Shown: positions 27,884 through 38,365, counted from the stretch's first letter. The stretch: DNA of 64,000 nt from Planctomycetota bacterium (GCA_965248445.1 CBDFJG010000003.1:128001-192000), one strand, 5' to 3'. Program-made: numbers and translations. The notes: generated by a model from the sequence alone, not told the origin.

Positions 27884-29415
27884 GTACCCGTTCAGCCCTT
27901 GGTTCTGAGCTCGGATCCAGATCGCTTTCCGTTCGGTCGATGAATCGGATGTGGGCACCGATGAGCTGCGTGATCTGGTCGAGCGCCTGACCCGTCGTCT
28001 GGACGCTCGGGACGAGACGATTGCCGAGCAGGCGGAGGTGATCGAGCGGCAGGCGGCACGGATCGACGATCTCGAGAGCCGTCTTCGCCGGGACTCCCGC
28101 ACCTCCTCGCGCCCACCGTCCTCGGATCCGTCGTGGTCCAAGAAGCGGCGGCGGCGCAAGCCGCCGTCGGACAAGCGCCAGGGTGCGCAGCCCGGCCACA
28201 AAGGGGCGACGCGCAAGCTCGTGGACGAGTCCGAGGTCGATGGCGTAGAGGACCACCGCCCGCGCGAGTGCAGCGCGTGTGGGAGCGACGTGCTCGTCCC
28301 GATCGATCGCGCCCCGACACGCCAGCAGGTCTTCGAGGTCCCGCCACGGCTGATCCAGGTGACCGAGCACCGGTTGCACCGGGCACGGTGCACGGACTGT
28401 GGCGCCACGTCCACTGCCTCGCTGCCAAGCGGTGTGACGGCGAGTCCCTTCGGCCCGCGACTCTGTGCGCTCACCGCGGCTCTGGTCGGCGTCTTCCGCC
28501 TGTCGCGGCGCGAGACCAGTCGTCTGTTGCGTGACGTCATCGGCGTCTCGATGTCACCGGGCACGGTCAGTGCGATCGAGGAGCGGGTGTCGGGAGCCAT
28601 CTCCTCAGCGCACATCGAGGCCCTCGGGGCCGTACGCACGAGCAGCGTCGCCTATGTAGACGAGACACCGTGGTCGCGTCGTGGCACGCTGCATTGGCTG
28701 TGGAGCGCGGTCTGTGAGCACGCCACGGTCCATCGTATCGATCGGCGCAGGAGCGCCAAGGCCATGCGGCGACTCGTGGGCAAGCGCTTCAGGGGCGTCC
28801 TCGTGACCGACCGTATGGGCGCTTACGACCAGCATCCCACCGAGCGCCGCCAGATCTGCTGGGCGCATCTCGAGAGGGACTTTCGAGCGCTGGCCGAGGG
28901 CTCGCGCGGCGGCCGGCGCTTCGGCAAGCAGGCCGTGCGTCTCGCCCAGGCTGTCATGCGAGCTCAGCGTCACTTCGGCGAGCACGGGGACCGCGACCGC
29001 ATGCGGCGTGAGCTGCGTCTCACATGGGACCGACTCCTGACGCTGCTCGTGCGCGGCGCAGACAGCAAGCACCGCCGAGTACGCGGAACGACTCGGCATC
29101 TGCTCGACCGAGCGGAGGCTCTGTGGACCTTCGCCGACGTCCCTGGCGTCTCCCCGACGAACAACGCCGCTGAGCGCGCGGTGCGCAAGCCGGTCCTGTG
29201 GAGACGCGCAACGCACGGAAGTCAGAGCGAGCGCGGACTCCGCTTCGTCGAGCGCATCCTGACCGTCACCGCCACGCTCCGCCAGCGTGGCGAGAGCGTC
29301 TTCGATTACCTCGCAGACGTCAGCGCGGCACTCGCGCACAACCGCTCGCCGCCGGCTCTCGTCGCGCTCCCGATCACGCGCTGAGGCCGCGGATCGTCAT
29401 ACCCTGAACGGGTAC
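27884..29415 (+). mobile_element. IS66-family element A (single-ORF, ISBst12-like), 1532 bp
   Basis: 12-bp terminal IR GTACCCGTTCAG; flanks CATGAGCC / CTTGCAGG do not match. Confidence 0.92.
27951..29384 (+). CDS. tnpC: IS66-family transposase
   Basis: DSRTSSRPPSSD, GAQPGH, CxxC x2, VDET, TDR, QICWAHLER, PTNNAAERAVR. Confidence 0.95.
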   Translation: MGTDELRDLVERLTRRLDARDETIAEQAEVIERQAARIDDLESRLRRDSRTSSRPPSSDPSWSKKRRRRKPPSDKRQGAQPGHKGATRKLVDESEVDGVEDHRPRECSACGSDVLVPIDRAPTRQQVFEVPPRLIQVTEHRLHRARCTDCGATSTASLPSGVTASPFGPRLCALTAALVGVFRLSRRETSRLLRDVIGVSMSPGTVSAIEERVSGAISSAHIEALGAVRTSSVAYVDETPWSRRGTLHWLWSAVCEHATVHRIDRRRSAKAMRRLVGKRFRGVLVTDRMGAYDQHPTERRQICWAHLERDFRALAEGSRGGRRFGKQAVRLAQAVMRAQRHFGEHGDRDRMRRELRLTWDRLLTLLVRGADSKHRRVRGTTRHLLDRAEALWTFADVPGVSPTNNAAERAVRKPVLWRRATHGSQSERGLRFVERILTVTATLRQRGESVFDYLADVSAALAHNRSPPALVALPITR

Positions 29416-29454
29416 CTTGCAGGCGGGCGCAGCGTGCGTCCGCCGCTCTGCAGG

Positions 29455-29480
29455 CAGAACAGCCAGAACAGCCAGAACAG
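29455..29480 (+). repeat. 9-bp tandem repeat, about 2.9 copies
   Basis: CAGAACAGC CAGAACAGC CAGAACAG. Confidence 0.8.
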
Positions 29481-29493
29481 ATCAACCGCGCCG

Positions 29494-30059
29494 ATGAGCC
29501 CGACCAGCCTGCCCCACGTCATCCTCCCAGCCGGTGCGCAGGCGGCCGGCGGGCAGGGGGCGGCCGTGAGTGACGGTCGGCGGGCCCTCTACGAGACACT
29601 CGTGACGCGGCACGCCGCTCTCCTCGAGCGGGTGTCACGACGGCTCTGCCGAGACGGCGCGGCAGCGGACGACATCGTGCAGGACACGTACGTCGAGGCC
29701 TGGCGATCGATCGACTCGCTGCGCGACACCGCGAACGCCCGGCCCTGGCTGCTCGCCATCCTCCGTCACCGCTTCGCGCGCTGGGCGCGCACCGCCGCCC
29801 GCACACCGAGCCCGTCCGCAGACGCCGCGACGTTCTGACCCGCATGGCAGACCGCGAGGCGCTCGACGACGCGCTTGCGTCACTGCCCGGCGCGTTCCGC
29901 GAGGCGCTCTTGCTCGTCGTCGTGGACGGGCTGACACCTGCCGAGGCGGCGCAGTTCCTCGGCGTGGCGCACGGCACCGTGCTCTCGCGCGTACATCGCG
30001 CCCGCCGTCTGCTGCGCGCGAGGCTGCTCGACGGCAACCGGACAGGAGACTCTGGATGA
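29494..30059 (+). pseudogene. ECF sigma factor, frameshifted between sigma2 and sigma4
   Basis: ADDIVQDTYVEAW...WLLAIL stops at 29838; LPGAFREALLL...GTVLSRVHRAR is in another frame. Confidence 0.8.
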
Positions 30060-30728
30060 GTCACATCGACGAGAGACTGCTTGCCCGGCTCGAGACCGCT
30101 TCCGTGTTGCCGCGGGACGACCCCGAGCGCGTTGCGCACAGCGCTCGCGCGCCCTGCGCCGGGTCCGGCCAGGATCGCGGCTCTGCGCGCGGTGCCGGAC
30201 AGTGCGTCGCTTTCGGCGCCCGCACTCCGCGGGCGGCGACTTCTGGTCGCGGCCGCGCTCGTGGCTGCCGCGCTCGTGGTCGGCTTCGCCATCGGAACTG
30301 GCGGAACCGGCGGCACGGGCGGTGACAGCATGCACACGCTGGCGCGCACGGTGGCTGCCGATCACGCGCTGGACCGGCACACCACGATCGAGACCGACGA
30401 CGCCATGGCGCTGGCCGAACACGTTCGTGGCCGGCTGCCCTTCGAGTACGCGTTGCCCGATCTCCTGCCGCTCGCGGTCGCGGGCGGACGCTGCTGCTCC
30501 GTCGGAGGTGAGCCGGTGGCGTTCACGCTGCTGCAGTCCGGCACGGAGCCGGTCTCGCTGTTCCAGTTCGTCCCCGAATCGCTCGGTGTGTCTGCAGATC
30601 ACGCTCCGAAGCACTTCCGGATCGACGACGTTCCCGGCTCCGCGGGGCCGGTCTTCGTGCGCGTCTGGTGCGAGGGCGGTGCGGGATACGCGCTCGTGGC
30701 AAGCGAGCGCAGCGCACTACCCGAGTGA
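30056..30728 (+). pseudogene. Transmembrane anti-sigma factor, frameshifted near the 5' end
   Basis: The coupled ATG 30056 is out of frame with the TM helix and the VADH...GGRCC...VSLF domain. Confidence 0.65.
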
Positions 30729-30734
30729 CGCCGG

Positions 30735-32063
30735 TCAGTCCGGGACGACGATGTCGGAGCGCGCGTCGATCACGGCGTCGAACGTCTTGAACTTGCCACC
30801 GGCTCGCGGCCGCACGCCAACTCGGTAGCGCACGCCGTCTTCCAGGATCGGGAGCGTCACGCGTCCCATGCCGTCGGTCTGGTAGACCTGCACACCAATC
30901 GGTACGGCGACACGCGAGTCTGCGATGTAGCGGCGGAACTCGACCTGCACCCCGGCGACGACCGTCCCTGACTCGGTACGGAACGTGACCGTCATCGGGT
31001 TGGCTGCAGGCAGGATCGCGTGCTCGAATCCAGACAGCTTCTGTCCCGGCAGGATGTCGCGAAGGCTGTCCGCCGACGCGGAGATGACCGCGGGGGGGCG
31101 GTCGTACGAGGTCGCGACGAGCACGACGCGCGTGGCGGGGAGCGGCACAGTCACGTTGTATCCCGTCGTGAACTGCCCGGCGCCGCGGAGGATCACGTAC
31201 GGCATGCCGTTGTCCTCGCCGGTCTCCTCGATCTGCCCCGGGGCGTTCAGCTCCGCGAGCCGGACGGCCGACGGCGACCAGACGACGAGCTTTGCCAGCG
31301 AGGACCAGCTCTGCGGCCCGCTTTGGCCGGGACGCTGCACCTGCGCGGTGCCCACCACCGAGGCCCAGGGCTCGAGCCGAATCTCGCCCACGTCGAACAC
31401 GGGATGGCCGCGTGCGCTGCGCCTGGATTCGGCCGTCACCGTGGCCGGCGCGTGCCCTCCCGCCCACACGTCGACGGACACGGCGACGGCCCGTCGGGCG
31501 CCAGGCCGCACGACCGAGATCCTCCCCCCCGTCGCACCGCGCTGCTGGTGCGGCACGAGGTCGGCACTGCGGGTGCGCGTTCCGCCGTCCTCGAGAGTGA
31601 AAGTCGCGCGGACGACCACGGGATCGAGCTCCCGGCCGTCGGCGGCGCTGAGTAACACCCCGGTCACCGTGTCGCCGATCGTCAGCGTAACGCGCTTGTG
31701 TTCGCCCCGTCGCGCTTCCCGCCACCACCAACCCTCGTGGGCCGTGAGCCCGAGTCTCGGCAGCTCCACGAACAGTTGACTGGAGTAGTTGAACTGACTG
31801 CGCGTCACCCAGAGCTTGGCCCGGCCGCCGGCATCCGTGGTCGTCGTACGCATCGGCCCGCGATGCGTCCTCAGCCGGACCTCCGCCCCCTCGATCGCCG
31901 CGCCGTTCTGATCGGAGACGATCACGACCGCTCGGATCGGCAGGGCCAAGCGCGCGACGACCCAGACGAACGCAACGGCGGCGAGGACGACGGGCACGAA
32001 GCGCAGCAGGCTCAGGCGTTCGGCCATGCGCCGATCCCGCTCCGTTGCCGCCTCCATCACCAT
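30735..32063 (-). CDS. Membrane-anchored protein with carboxypeptidase-regulatory-like beta-sandwich domains
   Basis: N-terminal TM; V.DQNGAAIEGAEV...TTDAGG motif recurs near the C-terminus. Confidence 0.65.
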   Translation of the reverse strand: MVMEAATERDRRMAERLSLLRFVPVVLAAVAFVWVVARLALPIRAVVIVSDQNGAAIEGAEVRLRTHRGPMRTTTTDAGGRAKLWVTRSQFNYSSQLFVELPRLGLTAHEGWWWREARRGEHKRVTLTIGDTVTGVLLSAADGRELDPVVVRATFTLEDGGTRTRSADLVPHQQRGATGGRISVVRPGARRAVAVSVDVWAGGHAPATVTAESRRSARGHPVFDVGEIRLEPWASVVGTAQVQRPGQSGPQSWSSLAKLVVWSPSAVRLAELNAPGQIEETGEDNGMPYVILRGAGQFTTGYNVTVPLPATRVVLVATSYDRPPAVISASADSLRDILPGQKLSGFEHAILPAANPMTVTFRTESGTVVAGVQVEFRRYIADSRVAVPIGVQVYQTDGMGRVTLPILEDGVRYRVGVRPRAGGKFKTFDAVIDARSDIVVPD

Positions 32064-32091
32064 CCGACCAGGCTATCCCCTTCGCTCGAAC

Positions 32092-32859
32092 TCACGCGGT
32101 CCCGCGCAGGCCCGCCATGACCTCTTCCTGGACGCTCTCCCAGATCGCGCGCTTGCGATCGAGGAAGCCCCTCGTCAGTTGGACGTCCGAACTACGTGGG
32201 TGAGGCAGGTCGTTCGCGAGCTGCGTCTTCACACGGCCGGGGCGTGCGGACATGACGACGATGCGATCCGCCAGGATCAGTGCCTCGTCGATCGAGTGCG
32301 TGATGAACACGCACGTCTTGTCCTCGGTGCGGACGACTCGCGAGAGTTCCTCCTGCAAGACCTGACGTGTCATCGCGTCGAGCGCCGCGAACGGCTCGTC
32401 GCAGAGCAGGACCTCGGGGTCGTTCGCGAGAGTGCGGGCGAGCGCGACCCTCTGCTTCATGCCGCCGGAGAGCTGCGTGGGATAGTGGCTCTCGAATCCG
32501 TCCAGTCCGGTCAGCTCGATCAGCCGCCGGACGCGCTCCGTGGGATCGCGGCCGCGCAGCCGCGGTCCGAAGCCGACGTTCTCGTTGACCGAGAGCCACT
32601 CGAACAGTGCGTAGTTCTGGAAGACCATTCCGCAGCGCGGTTCGATGCCGGCGATGGGTTCGCCGTCGAGCAGGATCTCTCCAGACGTGGGGGACTCGAA
32701 GCCGGCGAACAGGTTGAGCAGCGTGGACTTGCCGCACCCGGAGGCGCCGACGACGACGACGAACTCGCCCTGCGCCACGGTCAGATCCAGACCGTCCAGC
32801 GCCGTGACGTCGCCGAACCTCTTCGTCGCCTTCCGCGCCTCGAGCGTGGGCGTGCTCAT
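32092..32859 (-). CDS. NitT/TauT-family ABC transporter ATP-binding protein
   Basis: GASGCGKST, LSGGMKQR, LLCDEPFAALD, FITHSIDEA. Confidence 0.93.
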   Translation of the reverse strand: MSTPTLEARKATKRFGDVTALDGLDLTVAQGEFVVVVGASGCGKSTLLNLFAGFESPTSGEILLDGEPIAGIEPRCGMVFQNYALFEWLSVNENVGFGPRLRGRDPTERVRRLIELTGLDGFESHYPTQLSGGMKQRVALARTLANDPEVLLCDEPFAALDAMTRQVLQEELSRVVRTEDKTCVFITHSIDEALILADRIVVMSARPGRVKTQLANDLPHPRSSDVQLTRGFLDRKRAIWESVQEEVMAGLRGTA

Positions 32860-33794
32860 GGTTCCTCCCTCAGGAACAGGTAGGGGAGTAACAGGCGCTC
32901 GACGCGAGTGGTCAACACGTCGAGCAGCAGCACAACGCCGCTGATACACGCCATGCCCACGAGGACCGCGGACGTGTTCGAGGTCTCTTTGGACAGCCAG
33001 ATGAGGGCGCCCAGGCCCTCCGTCGTGCCGACGATCTCCGCGGAGATGACGCACGTCCAGCCGATCGCGAGCACGACCTTCAGTCCGCTCACGATGTTCG
33101 GCAGCGCGGCCGGAAGGAGCACCCGCCGCAACAACTGGCGGTCGCTCGCACCGAGGTTGCGCGCCGCGCGGATCAGTTCGGAGTCCACCTTGACGGTCGC
33201 TTCGATCGTGTAGATCAACGCCGCCGAGAACGTCCCCATGAAGATGATCGCGAGCTTCTGCATCTCGCCGGCGCCGAGCCAGATCATCGCGAGCGGCACC
33301 CACGAGATGGACGGCAACGGACGCAGGAAGCTGACGATCGGGCTGACTGCCGCGCGCAGACGCGGAAACAGCCCCATCATGATCCCGAGCGGAACGGCGA
33401 AGAGCGACGAGAGGAAGAACCCGATCACGACGCGGAACGTCGAGCGCCAGATGTGCTGCAACAGATTGGGCCGGTGCGACTCACTGGTCGTGAGCAGTCG
33501 CCACGCGTCGCGGGCCGTGTTCAACGGCGTATCCAGGGCAGGCGGATTGACGAGCGCCCGCGGCCGCTCCACCGCGTGCTCCTCCAGGCGCACGACGGGT
33601 ATCTTCACCGTCTCGCCGGTCACCGGGTGGGTGCGCGTCTCGACCTCACCCGTCGGGACGCGCTCCCGTCGAACGGTCTGCTCAGTCGTGTACGGGAACG
33701 TGAGCCCCCACCAGACGACGAGCACCGCGAGCACGCCCGCCAGCCCGTAGAGGAGGCGCTTCCGGCGCGGTATGGAGGGGGGGAACGCCCGCAC
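32856..33794 (-). CDS. NitT/TauT-family ABC transporter permease
   Basis: LRPLPSISWVPL, AARNLGA (EAA loop), LPAALP, SAEIVG. Confidence 0.9.
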   Translation of the reverse strand: MRAFPPSIPRRKRLLYGLAGVLAVLVVWWGLTFPYTTEQTVRRERVPTGEVETRTHPVTGETVKIPVVRLEEHAVERPRALVNPPALDTPLNTARDAWRLLTTSESHRPNLLQHIWRSTFRVVIGFFLSSLFAVPLGIMMGLFPRLRAAVSPIVSFLRPLPSISWVPLAMIWLGAGEMQKLAIIFMGTFSAALIYTIEATVKVDSELIRAARNLGASDRQLLRRVLLPAALPNIVSGLKVVLAIGWTCVISAEIVGTTEGLGALIWLSKETSNTSAVLVGMACISGVVLLLDVLTTRVERLLLPYLFLREEP

Positions 33795-34765
33795 TATCGC
33801 GGCAGCAAGTCGGGGCGAGTCCAGTCGCGGAACGCCGGAACCGCCTCGATCAGATCCATGTCGACGAGCACGTTCGCCGCGTACTCTGCCTGCCCGAAGA
33901 GCATCTGATCGCTCATCACAACACGCTGGTCCGCGCCCTCGAGCCACTGGAAGTTGTTCATCACGACCGCGACCTCGTCCTCTGTCTTGCCGACCCGCGC
34001 CGCTACCAGCGAGATCAACTCGTCGGGGTTCTCCTTGCACCACGAGACGCACTCGAAGTACGCCGCGAACAGCCGTTTCGCGCGATCCGGGTCCTCATCG
34101 ACCCAAGCGCGAGACGCGCAGATCACGTCCGGGCCGGTCATCGTCTTGAAGCGCTGGTAGATGGACGTGTCCGTGTCCTCGCCGAGCACTACCGCGTCAG
34201 GGAGGTTCTTGAGATCCGTGTAGAACGGCTCCCAGATGCAACCGGCCTGCGCTTCGCCGGACCGCACGAGATCGACCACCGCGCTGTCCGGTGCGTTGAT
34301 GACGATCACGTCTTCATTGATGTCGAGACCGTGCGCCCTGAGCAGTTCGTACGCGGTGATGTGGACCGAACTGTTCTGGTTGATCGCGATCGTCTTGCCG
34401 CGCAGATCGCTGATCTCATGGATGTTGATGCCGACGAGGCCTTCTGCACCGGGCGCGATGTCCTGGTTCGCGATCCAGTAGAAGTCCTTCCGGCCGGCCG
34501 CCATCGCTTCGAGCATGGCGACCTCGCCGAGGCTCGCGAACTGCGCCGTCTCGCTCTCGAGTGCCGTCACGCGATTGGGGCTCGACCCGAACGCCTTCTG
34601 CTCCACGGTGAACCCGTGCTTCTCGAAGATGCCCTTCTCGATGCCGACCCACGTCGGCGCGTGGCCGTACCAGTTGGAGCCCGCGTAGACGATCGTGTCG
34701 CCCCCGCCGCAGGCTGAGAGACAAGCGCCGGCGAGCACGACGCACCACAGGCTCGATCCACGCAT
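33794..34765 (-). CDS. NitT/TauT-family substrate-binding lipoprotein
   Basis: Lipobox LSAC; DLRGKTIA and WEPF motifs; in operon with the permease and ATPase. Confidence 0.88.
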   Translation of the reverse strand: MRGSSLWCVVLAGACLSACGGGDTIVYAGSNWYGHAPTWVGIEKGIFEKHGFTVEQKAFGSSPNRVTALESETAQFASLGEVAMLEAMAAGRKDFYWIANQDIAPGAEGLVGINIHEISDLRGKTIAINQNSSVHITAYELLRAHGLDINEDVIVINAPDSAVVDLVRSGEAQAGCIWEPFYTDLKNLPDAVVLGEDTDTSIYQRFKTMTGPDVICASRAWVDEDPDRAKRLFAAYFECVSWCKENPDELISLVAARVGKTEDEVAVVMNNFQWLEGADQRVVMSDQMLFGQAEYAANVLVDMDLIEAVPAFRDWTRPDLLPR

Positions 34766-34844
34766 CCGCACGCCCTCCAGCGGCCGCAACTGACCGCGGT
34801 GCGAGGATACGTGAGTCGTGCCCGGCTTGCTCGCGTGAATCGCG

Positions 34845-36344
34845 GTAACCGTTCACCCCTTCGTCGCGAGCCAGGATCCAGATCGTTCGGCCATCGGTCG
34901 ATCAAGAGGTTGTGGGCGAGCGGCAGGACGAGGATCTGCGGGCGATGGTCGAGGGCCTTCTGGCCTGGATCGAGGAGCTGGAGCGTCGCGAAGCGAAGCA
35001 TCTGCGCCGCATCGACGAGCTCGAGTCGCGTCTGAAGCGTGACTCCCGCAACAGCTCGAGGCCTCCGTCGTCGGACCCGGCGTGGTCCAAGCGCCGTCGC
35101 GGCCGAAGGCCGCGTAGCGGTCGCAAGCAGGGCGGACAGCCGGGCCATGAGGGCACGGCGCGCGAGCTGGTGGATCCGTCCAACGTCGATGAGACCAAGG
35201 AGCACCGTCCCGACCTCTGCGACGCGTGCGGACACGACGATCTCGAGCAGGGCATCGGCGATCCGTACCGGCACCAGGTGACGGTGCTCCCGCGCGTGCT
35301 CGTCACGGTGCGGGAGCACCGGCTGCACAAGGCGCGGTGCCGGCGCTGTCGTGCGGTCACGACGGCGGTCCTGCCCGATGGCGTGCCGACCGGGGCCTTC
35401 GGTCCGCGGCTGACCACACTTGCCGGCGCGCTGCGCGGCGTGTACCGCGTGAGCGTGCGGGAGACGCAGCGGCTGCTCGGTGAGATTTTCGGTGTGAAGA
35501 TGTCGCTGGGCAAGATCAGCGACTGTGAGCGTCGGCTCAGTGACGCTCTGCACTCGTCGTACCTCGAAGCCCTCGGGGCAGTCCGCACGTCGCTGCGAGC
35601 CAACGTGGACGAGACGTCGTGGAAGGAACGGGGCCGGGTGTGCTGGCTGTGGGCGGCGGAGAGCGAGCACGCCACAGCCTTCGGGATCGATCGCCGCCGC
35701 AGTGCCAAGGCGAAAGGGCGGCTGATCGGGCGGCGCTTCGGTGGCACGGTGATCAGCGACCGGATGGGTGCCTACGAGTCACACCCACTTGCCCGCCGCC
35801 AGCTCTGCTGGGCGCACATCGAGCGCGCCTTCCGTGCGCTGGCCGAAGGCCCGCGAGGACATCGCCGCTTCGGCAACAAGGGCGTCATGATCGCGCAGTC
35901 GGTCATGCGCAGCTACCGGCTCTTCGGTGAGCACGGCGCCCGTGACCGGCTGCAAGGCGAAGCCGCTGTGCTGCGCGGACGGCTCGAGCGACTGATCGCG
36001 AACGACGACTCGGCTCTGGCCAACCATCTGCGCCCCCGCGTGGTCGCCCTCTTCACCTATGCGCGGACCCAGGACGTGAGTCCGACGAACAACGCCGCCG
36101 AGCGCGCGGTCCGCAAAGCGGTGCTCTGGCGCAAGGGCTCCTTCGGAAGCCAGTCCGCTCGCGGACTCCGCTTCGCCGAGCGCGTGTTGACCGCCGCGGC
36201 CACGCTGCGACGCCGTGGCGACCAAGTCTTCGACTTCCTCGCCGACTCGGTCGCCGCGCACCTCACCGGCGCCGACCCGCCCGTCATGGTCCCGCTGCCC
36301 GTCGCACGCTGAGGCTCACACGCTGTCAAGGGGTGAACGGTTAC
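34845..36344 (+). mobile_element. IS66-family element B (single-ORF), 1500 bp
   Basis: Perfect 17-bp IR GTAACCGTTCACCCCTT; flanks GAATCGCG / CCCCGAGG do not match. Confidence 0.93.
34912..36312 (+). CDS. tnpC: IS66-family transposase
   Basis: NSSRPPSSD, GGQPGH, VDET, SDR, QLCWAH, PTNNAAERAVR. Confidence 0.95.
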   Translation: MGERQDEDLRAMVEGLLAWIEELERREAKHLRRIDELESRLKRDSRNSSRPPSSDPAWSKRRRGRRPRSGRKQGGQPGHEGTARELVDPSNVDETKEHRPDLCDACGHDDLEQGIGDPYRHQVTVLPRVLVTVREHRLHKARCRRCRAVTTAVLPDGVPTGAFGPRLTTLAGALRGVYRVSVRETQRLLGEIFGVKMSLGKISDCERRLSDALHSSYLEALGAVRTSLRANVDETSWKERGRVCWLWAAESEHATAFGIDRRRSAKAKGRLIGRRFGGTVISDRMGAYESHPLARRQLCWAHIERAFRALAEGPRGHRRFGNKGVMIAQSVMRSYRLFGEHGARDRLQGEAAVLRGRLERLIANDDSALANHLRPRVVALFTYARTQDVSPTNNAAERAVRKAVLWRKGSFGSQSARGLRFAERVLTAAATLRRRGDQVFDFLADSVAAHLTGADPPVMVPLPVAR

Positions 36345-36906
36345 CCCCGAGGAGCAGCCGGAGCACACGGCACTCGGGGCGATGTGGGCGCGCAGCCAGG
36401 TGCATCACCTCGAGAACGAGCTGCTCGGCAGGACACTCGACGAATCGGCAGAGCTGCTCGTCGAGATCGAGACGCTCGGTCTCGACTTCGATCTGGTCAC
36501 GAAGCGCACGGCATTCGTGGCCGTCGACGACAGCACGATCGTGCACGGACACGAGCTTGCGGTGCGCCTGCTCCAGCCGCAGGAACTGCCGCGGGGAGTG
36601 CGGTACTGGGGCGTCGTCGGCCGGCCGGATGCCCATGGTGTGACCGTGCCCGGTTGGGGCCTCCTGGTCGCGGACGGCAAGGCGGGGGAACTCGTGGTCG
36701 CCAAGGTGGATAGCGGCGGCACCGCTGCGCGGGCCGGGTTGCTGCGCGGGTACGTCGTCGAGTCGGTCGGCGGACACCGCGTCCACGGTGTCCGCCACCT
36801 GCGGTCGCTCCTCGGCGCCGTGCGTTCGGCGGACGTCGAGATCGGATATCGCAACGGCGCCGGCGAGTCGCTCCGCAGCCTGCGGCTGCCCGTCAGCACG
36901 AGGTAG
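36345..36906 (+). pseudogene. 3' remnant of a VIT/vWA-type protein with a PDZ-like tail
   Basis: WAR..V..LE...LGLDFDLVTKRTAFVAVD and AARAGL..G.VV.SVGG; the 5' part is missing at the IS end. Confidence 0.6.
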
Positions 36907-36957
36907 GGGCGGGGCGCGGCCAGCTCGATTGTCTCCGCTACTTCTCCCGCGGCTCGG

Positions 36958-38085
36958 CTACCGCGTTGCCGAGCAGTTGCTCCGCCGCTCCGCCGCGGCC
37001 TCGGCGTACGCCTCGTATCCGGCTTCCAACGGATGGCCGTCGTCGTAAGACGTGTACACGCCACCCTCCGCGCGCATCTTCCGCATCAGGTACGGGATGG
37101 AGTCGACGTACGGAATGTCCAGCTTGCGCAAGAACTCGCTGACCTCCCCGCGGACCTCCGCCTCGTGGGTCACCAGGTCATGGTACGCCTGCGGCAGATC
37201 GCGCTCTGCAGCGACCAGGTCCTCGTAGAAGACGCGCTCCTTGGAGGGAACGAGCAGCACGCTCAGCCCGATACCCTCGGCGTCCGCCTTGCCCTTGGCC
37301 TCGCGAAGGACGTCCTTGGTGATGGCGAGGCCCAGCCTCATCTGCGGTCTCTGCATGTCCATGGACCGCCGATGCCGGTCGATCCGCGCCATCGCGATGC
37401 GTGTTGGGCTCCGTGTGACGTCCACAACCACGGATTCGGCCAGCCGCCGCCGGACCGGCCTCGCCGCCTCGATCAGGAGGGACCCGATCGCCGTCCGAAC
37501 AGCGAGCCACCTGATCGGCCGCTTCTCCTCGGGACTCGCTTCGATACAGCTGCTCGTGTCGTGTCCGCGTTGCTCTGCCCACTCGCGCCAAGCCGGCATG
37601 CGCGAGATGAGTTGCCCGACTTCGTCGAGGTCGTTCGCCAGATACAACGCGAGGATGACGTGGCGTGGCCGCCGCGCAAAGGCCTCCTGGAACAGGTCGT
37701 GGTACTGCAGGACGCCGAAACCGCCGACTCCCAGGTTGTAGACGGTCAGCCCGGTCATCTGGCCGAGCTGCGCCGGCCATGACTCCTCCCGGTTCACGTT
37801 GTAGCCATACGTGTGGGAGTCTCCGATCGCTACGATGTCGGCCCGGTCGATCCCGTCAGGGTTGCGGAAGCCATGTTGGTCGATCTCGGCGAGCGCCGGG
37901 TCCATGCGGTACTCCAGACGCGGGTCGGGGATCCGATTCGACAGCGCGGGGCGGGGAAGTGGCGTCAGCAGACGAAGGGCGATCTCGGCGGCCAAGAGAC
38001 TGACCACGATCGAGGCAGCGCAGAGTTTGAGTTTCCTGAGCCAGACCCGACGGCCGTTCTTGCGGTTGTTCTTGACGATGCTCAA
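36958..38085 (-). CDS. SGNH/GDSL hydrolase-family membrane-anchored protein
   Basis: IGDSHTYG, NLGVGG, AND, DGHP blocks. Confidence 0.85.
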   Translation of the reverse strand: MSIVKNNRKNGRRVWLRKLKLCAASIVVSLLAAEIALRLLTPLPRPALSNRIPDPRLEYRMDPALAEIDQHGFRNPDGIDRADIVAIGDSHTYGYNVNREESWPAQLGQMTGLTVYNLGVGGFGVLQYHDLFQEAFARRPRHVILALYLANDLDEVGQLISRMPAWREWAEQRGHDTSSCIEASPEEKRPIRWLAVRTAIGSLLIEAARPVRRRLAESVVVDVTRSPTRIAMARIDRHRRSMDMQRPQMRLGLAITKDVLREAKGKADAEGIGLSVLLVPSKERVFYEDLVAAERDLPQAYHDLVTHEAEVRGEVSEFLRKLDIPYVDSIPYLMRKMRAEGGVYTSYDDGHPLEAGYEAYAEAAAERRSNCSATR

Positions 38086-38365
38086 CCCGAAGCGCGCTCT
38101 CTCAATGACATCTGCCAGCTCCCGGCCTCGAGGTCCTCAGAGTGCGCCGCTGGTCACGCCGCCGTGGTGCCGTTCGCAGAGCACTCTAGCGCTATCTCGC
38201 GCAGCGGGGCTCAAGCTCGACGCTTTGTAAGCCTCCGGCTGCCGATCTCGGCCCGCTGACGCGCGCAACTGGCCGTTTTCCCTAGTCTGCTCCTAAGAGA
38301 CCTCCGCGGTCGTTCGTCCTCTCGGATGAACGGCCGCCGCGAGCGACCGAGACGCAGGGAGCCGG

